From Schmidtea polychroa (lineage: Eukaryota): a stretch of DNA of 64,000 nucleotides. The stretch's first letter is position 1; each line of letters begins with the position of its first letter. The notes beneath the pieces were generated by a model. That model saw only the letters and a program-made list of their open reading frames with translations. It searched no databases and was not told the DNA's origin. Below are positions 13,021 to 24,870 of the stretch, piece after piece. The DNA lies in the NCBI GenBank assembly GCA_044892525.1, contig CM097885.1:267902001-267966000 (forward strand). The letters are read 5' to 3'. Position numbers and translations under genes: made by a program.

Positions 13021-14156
13021 TAGTCAGTCAGTCCACAGAATCAAAACACCAGATCGTACCGTCAATTCCTGATATTAAGGTAAGTAACAGGCTAATGAGC
13101 GTAGATATTGAGTGTAAGGGCTGGTGAAGCCATTTCTCTTAACAGAAGAATCTGAAGATTTATTAAAGAATCAGTTAGACGTAGCCATTTTGAAATAAAA
13201 AATTTTAAAATCGGAAAACTAGCAGAAAGCGAAGGGGATGCAACCAAATGCATAAAAAAAGAAATGAGACTGTTTGAGGATAAAGGTGTGCAGGGAAAAT
13301 ATCTCTAACAGATTTACGAAATTCTTTTAACGGTTCGCCAAACCAGCGTTTAATCCAAAAGGGCTTTTCCTGCGGCCGGTGTAATTTTAAATAAGTTGCG
13401 ATGCAGAATGGATGAATTAACTTTGGATGCTCTTTGTTTTTTAAGAAAGTATTTCAAAGGAGATAAATAACGATTCGATAAGTATTCTACAAAATAGACC
13501 AACAAAATTTTTATTGAAATATATTTATTTTCATGAATTGTGATTATTAAGTTCCTTAATTTATTATTTTAATGAATTATTTTTATTAATTTATATTGCA
13601 AAATAAATAAATGTAAATTTTTATACATTACCAATAAAAATATGAATAATTTTTGAAAATCGTGTGATTTAATTAATTTCTTCGAATACCGGCTTTAATA
13701 CCGGCATACCGGTATTATAATTCTTTAATACCGAAACACTGGTATTGAATTCCTTAAGGGGCACTTTAGAATTTTCATGTCACAAATTATTCAAGTATAT
13801 TATGTTTTGACAAAGTTAGAAACGAAAAACTCAAATTACAGAGAACTTTGATTCAAATATCGGAGAACAGTTAGTCAATATTAACAAAGAAAAAGGCCCT
13901 GTAATCTCTAAATATGGCAGAACACCAGCTGAACAACTAACTAATCCTTGGCAGGTCCTGGCCAATCAGAAATTTTGGAATAGGGAATTCTTCAAATCAC
14001 TAGGTTCCGTTTGGTTTGCCGAAAAATATTCAGATACAAAAAAGTTATTCAACTTTATGTTTTTTTTATTATGTAACTTTATGTTGGCCTAATTTCCCCG
14101 CCAGCAACGTAATTTTTTAAACCAATTTCGACTGAAATACTTTTTATGTATAACCA

Positions 14157-15160
14157 TTGATAAGAACTTCTGTCATTTTCCTTGACGGATTTCATCTTAC
14201 AAACAAATCAACTATTGATGAAATCAATCAACACCTTACCAAAAACATCTCCTTAATACTCTTAATCCAGAAAAGTGGGTTATATGTCATTGCGGATATA
14301 CAGCTAACATTGCGAATACTGCATTCCACTTTGAATCACACAATAACACATTACGTGATAACCAACTGCCCCCCCCCACAATCATATATAATATCCCAAT
14401 CACTTTCAAAGACATTGCATCCGATTGACTAGACCAACACCATATTGCAATATACATGCATGCCCATGTCCTTAAACACACTTCCACATTTGTCTGCAAT
14501 CTCATTGTACTCTCCTCTATCAATCACAAATTCAAGACCTTTTCTCATCTTTCCCATTTCATTTCTATCCTTACTGGAATAAGATTTATGGCCAATGAAC
14601 TGGACAATTTTCTATATTAACAAACACAACCAACTGGCAACATCTGTTGACCCATCGTCCGACAACAGCATTGCGAAAATGGAGAAATAGCAAATAAAAT
14701 ACTCCGAGCACCTCTCAGCTTTCAGAGTATCATTTTTCTGTCTTTGCTATTTGCCACCTTGCGGAGTGCCTTAATCATAATCGACAAATTACAACCCCTG
14801 CAATTCCACGAATCAAAAAAGATCTCACCATTGTCATCACTAACTACCTTGTGAACCATAAACCTTCTAATCACATTACCAAATATAACACACGATTAAC
14901 CGACTTCAAATATGCTTAAACACAGACTCTATAAGCCTTGATACTTGTCTTCTAGAACTCGAAAGGATTCATGAAACCCTCTTTCCTAACCGATATACTA
15001 AGCGTTTTGGAATGGTGAACATCAGACCTCCATCCATTAAATATAAATTAACATTTCAACTACGCCTAGACTTTGATGTTAAAGACAAGATCGCAATCGA
15101 CCACATTCTAACACGAAATATACCTCATGTAATCCTCAACACTTATCATCTAGGCTCATA
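14157..15160 (+). mobile_element. NeSL-like retrotransposon, divergent subfamily copy D (zinc fingers, TGA-CTAG, Ulp1-like region, pre-RT)
   Basis: WVICHCGY...HFESH; NIPITFKDIASD*LDQHHIAIYM; WTIFYINK...VDP aligns with WTVYLA...MDP (copy A) and H*SIYLA...LDP (copy B); SVFAICHL aligns with CGVFV; downstream QLRLDF..KDKIAIDHIL. Confidence 0.7.
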
Positions 15161-15649
15161 CTAAACATCTAATTCATCACTTACTACAAATTAGATGAGA
15201 TTGGACTGGTAGTTATTGTAATAGTAATTAGCCACACAAATAAACACGTAGCTGCTGCGGATGAAATATGTTTGTAAACCTCTGGAGATGACTCCAGTCT
15301 AGTAGTTAATAACATCACTTAGTTGCTTTAGTGAAATATACTGAATTTTTCAGTTCAACGCGAACCACTAATAACTGAAATTTCCGAAGCACAGGGTTTA
15401 GCGTATCTAAAATTGACACAACAGCAAATTGAAGGTAACATTATTAATATATCAATCATCACCCGATTGTTTAAAATATTTATTGGAAACTGTTAAATCA
15501 AATTTCAGAACTCTTCGTATATAGATTGCAAGGAAATTTTGAAAAATAATTATTTATCTCACAAACAAAGAAAATTCGCTTGGATTAAATAAGTAATGTT
15601 TTATTTGTTGACAATAAGAATGATATGTAATTTGTTGCTCTCAAATTAC

Positions 15650-15850
15650 ATGTCTATTTATGCTGGAGTATCTCATGTGGCTGGCTACCAATTCTGTGGA
15701 CCAGGCATAAACACGGATGTTAGATTAGACAAGACAAAGGAGATAAATCTAGAGCCTGGTTCTCAACTAATCAATGTAATTGATACTTTTACAGCATGAA
15801 TAAATTCACCCGGTGCCACATGAATCAGACTTGCTGCAGATTTACAATTT
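15650..15850 (+). pseudogene. Viral-type phospholipase A2 domain remnant (Polinton/adintovirus-like or parvoviral VP1u-like)
   Basis: HVAGYQFCGPG...RL...IN.ID and downstream RLAADL match the GY..xGPG / N.lD..(HD) / R..AD layout; catalytic HD not intact. Confidence 0.6.
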
Positions 15851-16279
15851 AGTCATTGATCATTCACTTAATATTAAACAAAAATTCGTTAAGTATTTAG
15901 TTATTTTCTGTCAATTTAAAAATGACATTAGAAAAATTATTTTTAAGTAAACAATATTTTAATGAATTTAGTAAGAAATAATTTTAGAAATAATTTTATC
16001 CATTTCATAGAAATTTAGGTGGAAATGATAAATTTGATGATTCAATGAGATTTTTTAAGAACACAATACGAATATTTTAGATTTAAAGTTTATCTGAATT
16101 AATAACGAAAAAATACGATGTTCATAATGCGTGGTCTTTATATCTGAATTGAACCCTTTAGATGCGAGATGCGGATAAGACCATTATTTCTAATTTTAAC
16201 AACCTTTCGAAGGAAAATTTTTTTTAATATATACTGAATGTATTATGTTTACTTACTCAAATCAATAAATAATCCTTGC

Positions 16280-16740
16280 ACATGTATAAATCAGAACATT
16301 TGGTTTATCGCCGAGCAAAAATCCATTGAGGGTGAACCTACTTGGATACAATTTTTTTGACGTTCATAAATTACGAATTTTAATGAATTCCACATGTGTA
16401 TTTTTGGATATATATAGTGAATATGCAATGTGGTATTGGTAATTGGATATATCTGTTACAATATACAAAATTTCTCAAAGATTTCGCGAGCAGGTGATTG
16501 AAGGCTTGTTAGTTGAATTTTATAAAAAGCCGGTTACAAGAAGAGGACGAAAAGTTTCTTACCAAACTAAAACTCGCATATTGAGTAACGGGCATTTTCA
16601 AAAAAAAGTATGTAGCACAATGCCCTCATCGCTCAAGAAAAAAGGAAAAGGACTTTGCAAAAGAAACAAACAACTTATTTTTGTGACAAATGTATAGGGA
16701 AACCTGTATTATGTGAATATCTTGTTTCGAGAACTACCAA
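16280..16740 (+). mobile_element. Possible piggyBac transposase C-terminal remnant
   Basis: QRFREQVIEGLL...RRGRK...RILSNGHF followed by a decayed Cys-rich tail. Confidence 0.4.
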
Positions 16741-17479
16741 ACAAAATTCAATCAAAAAAAATATTGTCAATGTTAAACTCGAGATTATACGTAAACGAAA
16801 TGGTAAATGGTAAAAGTCATATTGACAAAGCCAAATATAGAAAGAGAAACCAAAAGGGAATTCTCAAAGATAGATTTCGCAAACTTAAGAAGATTCTTTA
16901 TGATTACGGTCATATATAATGAATCTACCCCAGAGAACAACTCCAGATTCATCCATCTCACGGAGTCTGTGATGAGGAAGTCTTCTCCGGATCTCAAGGA
17001 CCTTAATTGTGTTGAGTTTTTACTTGTAAGTCGGTCCTTTCTCTGACTCCTCGTGTCCTTATTTTACCAAATCAATGAAAACTCAACACAGAATAACTTT
17101 ATTCGCTTTTTATCACAATTACAATTTGTCACTATTTGCACCTTTCTCTCAATTTAAATTTGGTTCGCTAAGGTAAGAAACCCAAGGGGCAATTACATTT
17201 TCTTGTACTATTCTGGCTTCTTTAAAATTCACAAATTTCCTCTTTTGACTTGTCCTGGCTGGATTTTCTGTTTAGCTTTTTCCTTTTTCTCTTCGACCAA
17301 ATGGCGGCTTGCTCATTTCTAAGCTCTCCTTTTATAATGTGTTTAAGAGGCCAGTTATCTAGCAAAATGAAATTAATTGTTTCCCCGGGCACCCTAAGTA
17401 AATTTTGAACGGTTCGACAATTATTTTAATTTATTTACCCTGCAATTATAATTCGAATTGTTATTCCCTTATCTGGTGT

Positions 17480-17580
17480 CTCGGGTCTCACTGCGCATCG
17501 GGTTTTCTTCATTGCTCGGGTTTCCCATGGGCTCGGGCTTCCCATTGGCCCGGGCTTTCCATTACAGATTAATTAATTTG
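17480..17580 (+). repeat. Dispersed repeat with CTCGGG(T/C)TTCCCAT subrepeats
   Basis: CGGGTTTTCTTCAT..CTCGGGTTTCCCAT.GGCTCGGGCTTCC; inverted homolog at ~36310-36400. Confidence 0.7.
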
Positions 17581-17733
17581 TTTTTCCTTATTAACTTTTT
17601 CTATGGTCACCCTATTACATTTTTATTATGCTTTCTAACCTCGTCTAACTATTTGGCATTCAATCATACCCGATACCCCCGTTCAATATTGATTTTTAAT
17701 TTTCGTTAAATTTTAATTAATTCTGTACTTATA

Positions 17734-18891
17734 TTGATTTTACCAATTTTGTTCTGCTTTCTGGTACCATGTGAAAATTTATTTTGTTTTTGCTCTAACC
17801 CCAACAATTGGAATAACTTTATTGACCAATATAAAGTCCCAGAACCTTGGCTCAAAAAGCTGAAGGATAGACCAAAATACCCACAACTGAGGAAAGAAGA
17901 TGAATACCTCAACATCATAATAAATACTCTCCGGTCGTATAGATTCGATTGTCAGAGAGATCAGACAGACTCTATTTCATTCTTTCAATTCATGATGAAT
18001 ATAACCATAGTAGGACTCACGAAATGGTTCTCACTCAGAAAGAGAATTGAACCATATAGAAAGGAAATTGCCGCAGCAAGTGTCATGGAGGCAGATGGTG
18101 ATGATGTTCAAATAGTGAGTGAGAATGAGATGGAGGAAATTGATGCAGTAGAAAATCAAGAAATCCATGAAGCAGGTGTAATAGAGGCAGGCATGGTGGA
18201 AGAACCTAATGAAGAGGAAGAAAATCACGGTGATGTAACGCCCTCCTCTGATATGGTAGCCGCTGTCGTTGAGGAGCCTGCAGATGCAACAAAAGACTCG
18301 GACGCTGTGGAGCTATCAAATCCAATAGAGTCAACAGTTGTCGAGGAACCATGTACAATCGCAATCTCTATAGTAAACAGCGAAAACGTAGAAATTGACG
18401 GAAAAAATCAAGGATTAATGGAAAAACCCATTACACCTGTACTGATATCAAACAACGAATCAAGAAAACAATCAAAAAATATCAGGTCCAAGAGTCAGAA
18501 GAAAAAAAGACAAATAAACGACTCTGAATGCCAAGAAAACACAAAAGAAAACAAAAAAATACGTACCGGTGGAGGACCGTCAACGGCAAATACTCCACCA
18601 AGCATTCGTCATAAACCAAACATGAAAATAAACTGTGATCTGAGAATTCAGTGTATATGTAACAAAAAATACACCTACTCCACAGAAATTAATGCGGCCA
18701 AACACTATGAGGAGTCGCATCCACCTTTTGAAAAGCTGATGGTGGAATGCGAACAATGCAACACCACCATCACACTCAGAGAGGCAATTGAGCACATAAA
18801 AGTGGATAAGGAGAACAGAGCCAGAGAGAGGAGCGAACAGCAACCCGCCGCCAAACCAACAAAGGAGGACATCCCTACGGAGATCAGCTGA
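17734..18891 (+). CDS. Retrotransposon ORF1: N-terminal domain, acidic linker and two zinc fingers, ending at the TGA-CTA putative readthrough site
   Basis: 385-aa ORF (true start uncertain); CICNKKY...KHYEESH and CEQC...EH; N-domain homologous to 25315-25686. Confidence 0.75.
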   Translation: MILPILFCFLVPCENLFCFCSNPNNWNNFIDQYKVPEPWLKKLKDRPKYPQLRKEDEYLNIIINTLRSYRFDCQRDQTDSISFFQFMMNITIVGLTKWFSLRKRIEPYRKEIAAASVMEADGDDVQIVSENEMEEIDAVENQEIHEAGVIEAGMVEEPNEEEENHGDVTPSSDMVAAVVEEPADATKDSDAVELSNPIESTVVEEPCTIAISIVNSENVEIDGKNQGLMEKPITPVLISNNESRKQSKNIRSKSQKKKRQINDSECQENTKENKKIRTGGGPSTANTPPSIRHKPNMKINCDLRIQCICNKKYTYSTEINAAKHYEESHPPFEKLMVECEQCNTTITLREAIEHIKVDKENRARERSEQQPAAKPTKEDIPTEIS

Positions 18892-21873
18892 CTATCACAG
18901 ACAGCAATCGAATATTACATAGATTTTCTATCAGGTAATATAGCCACACCAAACACCGTGGCCTATATTAAACCAACATGTGCCACGGACCTGATAGAAA
19001 ATAATAAAGCTGGGCTATACAGAAACATCCATATGGACACAATCGTAGGCTCTGATAAGGTCGTATGGCTGATCCGTTTGAAACTCTGTCACTGATCAAT
19101 ATACCTTGCGGATAAGGAAAACAGAGAATCAATAATACTAGATCCTGACAACCAAATCTCCGAACCAGAAAAAAAACGCAATGAAGATTAACATGGATGA
19201 AATCCTGAAAATGACTATGCAGGATCAATCTCCATTCGGCGGAATAACAGTTGGCGAATACCCCAAACAAGATAACGATTATGACTGTGGGGTATTCGTA
19301 CTCCAATACAAAACGGATTTCCTATCCAGTGATAGAGGGATCAAATTTGCGACCCCAGACTCAATTGCAATCAGAGAGCAAATAAAGAATATTATCATGG
19401 AGAACATCGATAAATATGACAGCCTATTCTCAATCAAGAAAAATGAGGCAATTGAAGGCATCATAAAGAGTTTCCACCTACACCAGACCAACATCGATCA
19501 AATACTCAGATGGTTCGCTGATCTCTATAATAAAAATCTCAAACCACAGAGAAAATATAGAGAGAAAGGCTACACAATTACAAAATGCTCCTACCAGATA
19601 CAGAGAATATTCACGATGGCACCTGGTAGGGCAATCAAAGAGATAGACAAAATCCTGGAACCGGCTACTGATCTAACAACAGCAGTAATGGACACATACT
19701 TCGAAAGATCCACTCCTCCTAAAATGAGAGAAAGACCAGCACCCATTAAAAGTGCTCCAGAATGGGAAACAAACCAACCAATAACCAGGGCAGACATCGA
19801 TGAAGCAATAAGAAACAGCAAAGATGCTGCACCTGGTATGGACCAAATCCCACTTAGACAATGGAAGGAGTGGATGGAATTTGATGCACTAACACCAATC
19901 TTCAATAAACTCCTGGAGACGCATCAAATTCCCGAAGTATGGAAGAAATACTCAACCAAATTAATAATAAAGCCGGGGAAAGGTAACCAACCGGAGAACC
20001 CATCAAATTGGAGACCTATAGCAGTTATGCCAACAAGCTATAGGATCTTCATGAAAGTATTAAATCAAAGATTGTTAAAATGGGTACACAAAAATAAGTT
20101 AATCTCCGGTTGGCAGAAAGCCGTAAACAGAGGAAATGGCTGTGATGAACACAGCTATATTATACAAGTCCAAAAGGAAAAATCCAACAGAGCCAGATAC
20201 AGAAACCAGCAGTACCACCTGGTATTCCTCGATCTGGCAGATGCTTTCGGAACATCATCACCATAAATGGCCAGAACATCAGACACATAAATGAAGAGAA
20301 CCTGTACACCTACCTAGGAGTACGGGTTGAGCAGAAAAATAAGTGTGACTTGGGCGAGGTTTTCAAAGAGGTCGAGACAAAAGCTAACAACATATTCAAC
20401 TCCCTCTTAAGAGCCCACCAGAAAATCGAGGCCTATAACACATTCCAAGTTCATATTTCCACTACAAGCGGAGGAAATATCCAAATCCCACACAGACAAA
20501 TTCGATGAGACAATACGGAAAATGCTAAAAGACAAAAACGTCCTTGATCTGCCAAATAAAAGCCCTCTCATGGACACTGTAATATATTCATCAAAAGAGA
20601 GGGGAGGGCTTGGAATCACAAAAGTTAGTGACGAATACCTAATCCAAGCCCTCAACCGATTCCTAAAGCTCATGAACAGCGGTCACCTCCCCATAGTCAA
20701 AATCCTGAGGGAGGAGCTAACGGATGTCGCACAGCCTGCAAATGGTTGGACGGAAGCTATGAGCACAAAAGACAGAAAGACGCAAAGAAGTCATGGCTGG
20801 ACAAGACTAGAGAGTCAATTAAAGCCCTAAAGACAACCCACGGAATCGAAATAACATTCATACATAAAGGAGACTCCGTGGGATGTTCAATAAAATGCAG
20901 CACAGACAACAAGCCAGATTGGATCCTACCTCCAAACTTGGATCAAATATCCAAAACCCTTCATTGGATGATCAAAGATGCATACTTTAAGATATGGTTG
21001 GCTGCAAAATGCCAAGGATATATTATAAACCTTCCGACATCCGACGAAATGGAATGGAAGATGCCCCGGGTCCTAAAAGACCCTGAATGGAAATACATTA
21101 TAAAGGCCCGGGCAAACATGCTGGATGTCGGAATGAAGCAGTCCAACCAAGGAGGTAGGATCGTTCCAACCAATTGCCGGCATTGTGATTGCCAACAAGA
21201 ATCGGCATCACATGTCATAAACATGTGCAGAAAAGGCGACAGATCAAGGATGGCCAAACACAATGAAATCCAGAAGGCCTTAGAAGATCTATTAAAGTCC
21301 AAAAACATCAATTTTGAGACCGAGACAATTCCAGCAGAGGCAAAAGAGGCCCTAAAACCAGATATAGTGGTCCGCACAAAGAAGCAAATATTCGTAATAG
21401 ACATCAAGTGCCCTTTCGACAACAAAGAAACTGTAGAGCTGGCAAGGGCAAAAAACATGGACAAATACAGAAAACTAGCACAGGACATAAAGGAGCAGAC
21501 AGGAATACATACCTCAGTCGAAACCTTCATAGTCTGCTCCCTAGGCACATGGATAAAGGATAACAACACAATATTCAGAAAACTTGGCTTCAAGTACATC
21601 AAATACAGACAAACCAAAGAAAAAATGATTGACAGAGTAATAAAAGGATCAAGGAAAACATACGAACATCACAGAGGGTTTTACATATAAACATAAAGAG
21701 CCAGGACAAGGATGATTGCACCCGCATCCATAAAAAGGTGCACTTGGTGTCTATTACTAGTCATGGAAGGACCCGGAAGAGTTTGACCATCCCTGTGTGT
21801 TGCACTTAATTGTGCACTTGTTTATTTTTTGTAATGAAATATATGTTTGCCTCTTTATACGTACATAAAAAAA
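17790..21873 (+). mobile_element. NeSL-like REL non-LTR retrotransposon, copy B (most complete; internal RT deletion)
   Basis: Zinc-finger ORF1, Ulp1-like protease (QDNDYDCGVF), RT (NWRPIAVMPTSYRIF, FLDLADAFG), CCHC knuckle (CRHC...SASHVINMC), REL (RHNEIQ-like, KPDIV, IDIK, K..KY), short 3' UTR ending in an A-run. Confidence 0.92.
20746..21690 (+). CDS. Zinc knuckle plus restriction-like endonuclease region of copy B
   Basis: CRHCDCQQESASHVINMC, KHNEIQ, LKPDIVV, FVIDIKCPF, KNMDKYRKLA. Confidence 0.9.
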   Translation: MDGSYEHKRQKDAKKSWLDKTRESIKALKTTHGIEITFIHKGDSVGCSIKCSTDNKPDWILPPNLDQISKTLHWMIKDAYFKIWLAAKCQGYIINLPTSDEMEWKMPRVLKDPEWKYIIKARANMLDVGMKQSNQGGRIVPTNCRHCDCQQESASHVINMCRKGDRSRMAKHNEIQKALEDLLKSKNINFETETIPAEAKEALKPDIVVRTKKQIFVIDIKCPFDNKETVELARAKNMDKYRKLAQDIKEQTGIHTSVETFIVCSLGTWIKDNNTIFRKLGFKYIKYRQTKEKMIDRVIKGSRKTYEHHRGFYI

Positions 21874-22581
21874 TTTTTAATTTAATTTTTTTATTTATAT
21901 TCAGATAAAACCAGAATAATTGTTGCATTATTTTTTTCATGTGTTAACTAATTTGTATTAAATTGCATTAAGTTTTTTCCTTTTCCCCTCATTTTGTCTT
22001 TACATTTTGGAATTTAATTCTGAAAGTGAATAAAGATGCAGGAGAAAATGATTATAAACATAAAAAATCACAAATAACTTTTTTGACGGATAATTGACTT
22101 TCTTTTAATATTTCCTGACTTTTTATGAAATCCAATTACGCACTTAAAGGTTAAAACAATATTTGGTGGTAATTTTGGGACTTGTGGATTATTAAATAAT
22201 TATCCTGGAATGATTGAGCAATATGTTAGAAGTTCGGAAGGTAATTTAACCAAGCTATTAATCAATATATATCATCAGTAATATGTATAATAATTTAGCA
22301 CCTCAAGGGTATCAATATAGCAGTTGAAAATGAATAAAATATTATTATAGAAATAAAGATCATAACAGTGCAGAACACGGTGACTGGAAGGTCGCGACAA
22401 AACAGCAATTAGACCAATATGCTAAAGGTATGCCGAAAATGTTTCACATGAAGTAGAAAAATTGTATATACCACACTGATTGATCAATCATATATTAAAG
22501 AGTCATTACAAACATGTTGTTTCTAGTAGTGGTAGTTTAAACGCTATAAAAGGGTTAACAGAATTAGAATTAAACATAAAT

Positions 22582-23075
22582 ATGATATCTACAACTCAAA
22601 ATACAAACACCGCAAATGACCCTACCGTGCCACCACCTGGAATGCTAAGCAGTGCCGGAGGTAATGGACTATTACGATCTTCACAAGGACATTTCAGACC
22701 GTCACTTGACGGAGATAGGCTTACATTTACCACAACCAAATACGGGGCTAGTTGCATTGAAACTAGAAATACTGGGGAATTGTACCAAATGCCAGTCGAA
22801 AACTACTACCACCATGTCATGAATGGAAACCCAGACATCTGGACAGCTATGCAAAGATATCTTTGGTGGAAACCTATAAAAATGGATTTTGAAATCATAA
22901 ATATTCAAGTGACCCATGAAACATCTCCACAGAACTTTTCTGCTTTACAAAACCAAGTGGAATTATTGGTTCTCAGGGACAAGGCTAATGTCTATAGTCC
23001 ATGCACTATGTCAGAGAAAAAAGGCTAAACCTTTCAAAGACATCTTTCTAAAGGAGGCTGGTCTATATAATGTAG
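22582..23075 (+). pseudogene. Endogenous parvovirus-like capsid (VP) fragment 1
   Basis: GGNGLLRSSQGH...DGDRLTFTTTKY and DIW.AMQRYLWWKPIKMDFEIINIQVTHE align by eye with the parvoviral betaA/betaB and alphaA/betaD motifs (AAV GADGVGNSSGNW...[40 protein letters not shown]); frameshift near 23025. Confidence 0.72.
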
Positions 23076-23839
23076 TGTAGAATGTAATGTATTATCGAGT
23101 TTTGTTGATAATATTATATTTTTTGTTTTAATAATGTTTTAAATTTAGTAATTTTCTGTGTGGCCTTTCACAAGTCTAAAAATGTCACTGTGGCCCACGA
23201 CATGGTTTGATTTTGACACGCATATTTTAGATGATGAATTAAATAATATTTTTCCAAATGATTTGTTCGTGTTATCCGCAAATGAATGATTGAGCCCGCA
23301 TTTATAATAATGATTTATTAATATTTTTATTAATTTTGTTATTTTAGTGAGTTTCCCCACTGTCTCGAAAAGAAAAAAGCCAACGAAATGAGAACGAACC
23401 ACTGGCCGTATTCGGAGTCACGGATATTGATTGTTATTTATATTTTGAATGTGTATTGGTTCTCTTTAGGGCTACAAATAATAATTTTTGGGAAAAATCT
23501 ATTTTTATTAAAATTTTAGTGCGAGAAAATTGAAATCGTTATGTGAAGGTATTTTTGAGTTCGAATCTGACTGGTATTGCAAGAATTCAATTCTCAGACC
23601 TACTATCAAATACATCTTAACTTCCATCAACTCAACATTTAAGGTTAAAATTGATGATCGTTTGCATCCGAATCAGTACAATATCCCCGGGATAATTAAT
23701 TTAATTAGAATAATAAACATTAAAATTTTAATAAAATAACATTGTAGGATTATATATTTCTTTGCATTATATTATTATTATTGATTTTAATTTGTTTTAT
23801 AATATTAATTTTATATGATTAATTTTAAAAATATAAAAC

Positions 23840-24870
23840 CATGGAATATGTTAAGTCTGAAAAGGGACAAGATAAACTGCTGTTCGAAGGATATGTTTAC
23901 GTAAAAAAAGAAATCTAACAAAAGGGGTTGCTTCCTTTGAAAGTTCTAAAGTGAAAGTTCTTTGTAATGATTTTGTAGGTTGAGTTCGCGAGCATACACT
24001 TGAATCCAATCCAACCAAAAGAGAAGTTGATAAGATAACGCAAGCAATGAAGACACGACATACTTGCATAATTTCATTCGGCACTAAATTGTATAGGGCC
24101 CCAGAATTGCTTTACGCAAATAAAAGTTACGCGACAGCCATTAACTCGTGGAGTGCGGGATGCGTTATTGCGCTTATGATTCTCCAAGAAAATTCTATTA
24201 AAACTACTTTCAAATTAATCGGAGTTCCCCTAATAGACAAATCAACATATTCTTTAAAAAACGATCCAGAAGGGAAAATAAGTTATCAGGAATTATTAAA
24301 AATTTGTTTTTTGCAGAGATGTTGTCAGCAATATTTGATTACGATGATAAAAACAGAATAACTGCAGAAGGAGTTTTAGAGATTTTAAAAAATAAAATGG
24401 TTTAATTATATAATTCATTTTTAATAACTCCGAACACTAAAATAAAGGCTCTACGGGTCGATATAACAAAGCTTATCAACCAAATTCAAAATAAACCCCT
24501 AATTTGTTTTATAATAATAATTTTATTTGATTAATTTAAAAAATTTAAAAAATGTTAAAAAAATATGTTAAGTCTAAATAAATTGCTGTTCGAAAGATGT
24601 GTTTACGTAAAAAAAAGAAATCTAGCAAAAGGGGTTGTTTCCTTTGAATGTGAGAAACGTCAATATTAAAAATATTTGAAGCTTAAGTGAAAGTCCTTGG
24701 TAATCAGCTTGTAGGTCGATTTCGCGATGACAATTAATGGGCACTTGAATCCAGTTTCGATAATGGCTGGTTTTGAGCAAGTTATGATCTCGTGTATACA
24801 GCAAGTCTTACCCAAAACCGCCATCAAAGGGTGCTTCTTCCACTTCAGCCATTATATATATTATATTGAT
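23840..24870 (+). mobile_element. MULE (Mutator-like) transposase remnants, two FLYWCH-like starts
   Basis: YVKSEKGQDKLLFEGYVYVK at ~23845, near-duplicate at ~24565, then MISCIQQVLPKTAIKGCFFHFSH (MULE GC.FHF motif). Confidence 0.7.
24070..24400 (+). pseudogene. CMGC-type (GSK3/CDK-like) protein kinase fragment, subdomains VIII-XI
   Basis: TKLYRAPELLYANKSYATAINSWSAGCVIA and EMLSAIFDYDDKNRITAEGVL. Confidence 0.7.

Noticed and set aside
15200-15320. Possible third capsid fragment on the minus strand (LDWSHLQRFTNIFHPQ)
   Set aside because: Similarity too short to distinguish from chance.
18892-18945. Stimulatory stem-loop downstream of the readthrough codon (ATATTAC...GTAATAT)
   Set aside because: AU-rich, weak and not visibly conserved in the other three copies; needs RNAalifold-type analysis.
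19279-21617. Antisense ORFs overlapping the retrotransposon (e.g. 20961-21617)
   Set aside because: Expected shadows of A-rich coding sequence; no motifs.
21860-21900. Spliced-leader or U2 snRNA target site flanking the NeSL-like elements
   Set aside because: No recognisable SL or U2 sequence at any visible element end; target specificity is undetermined.
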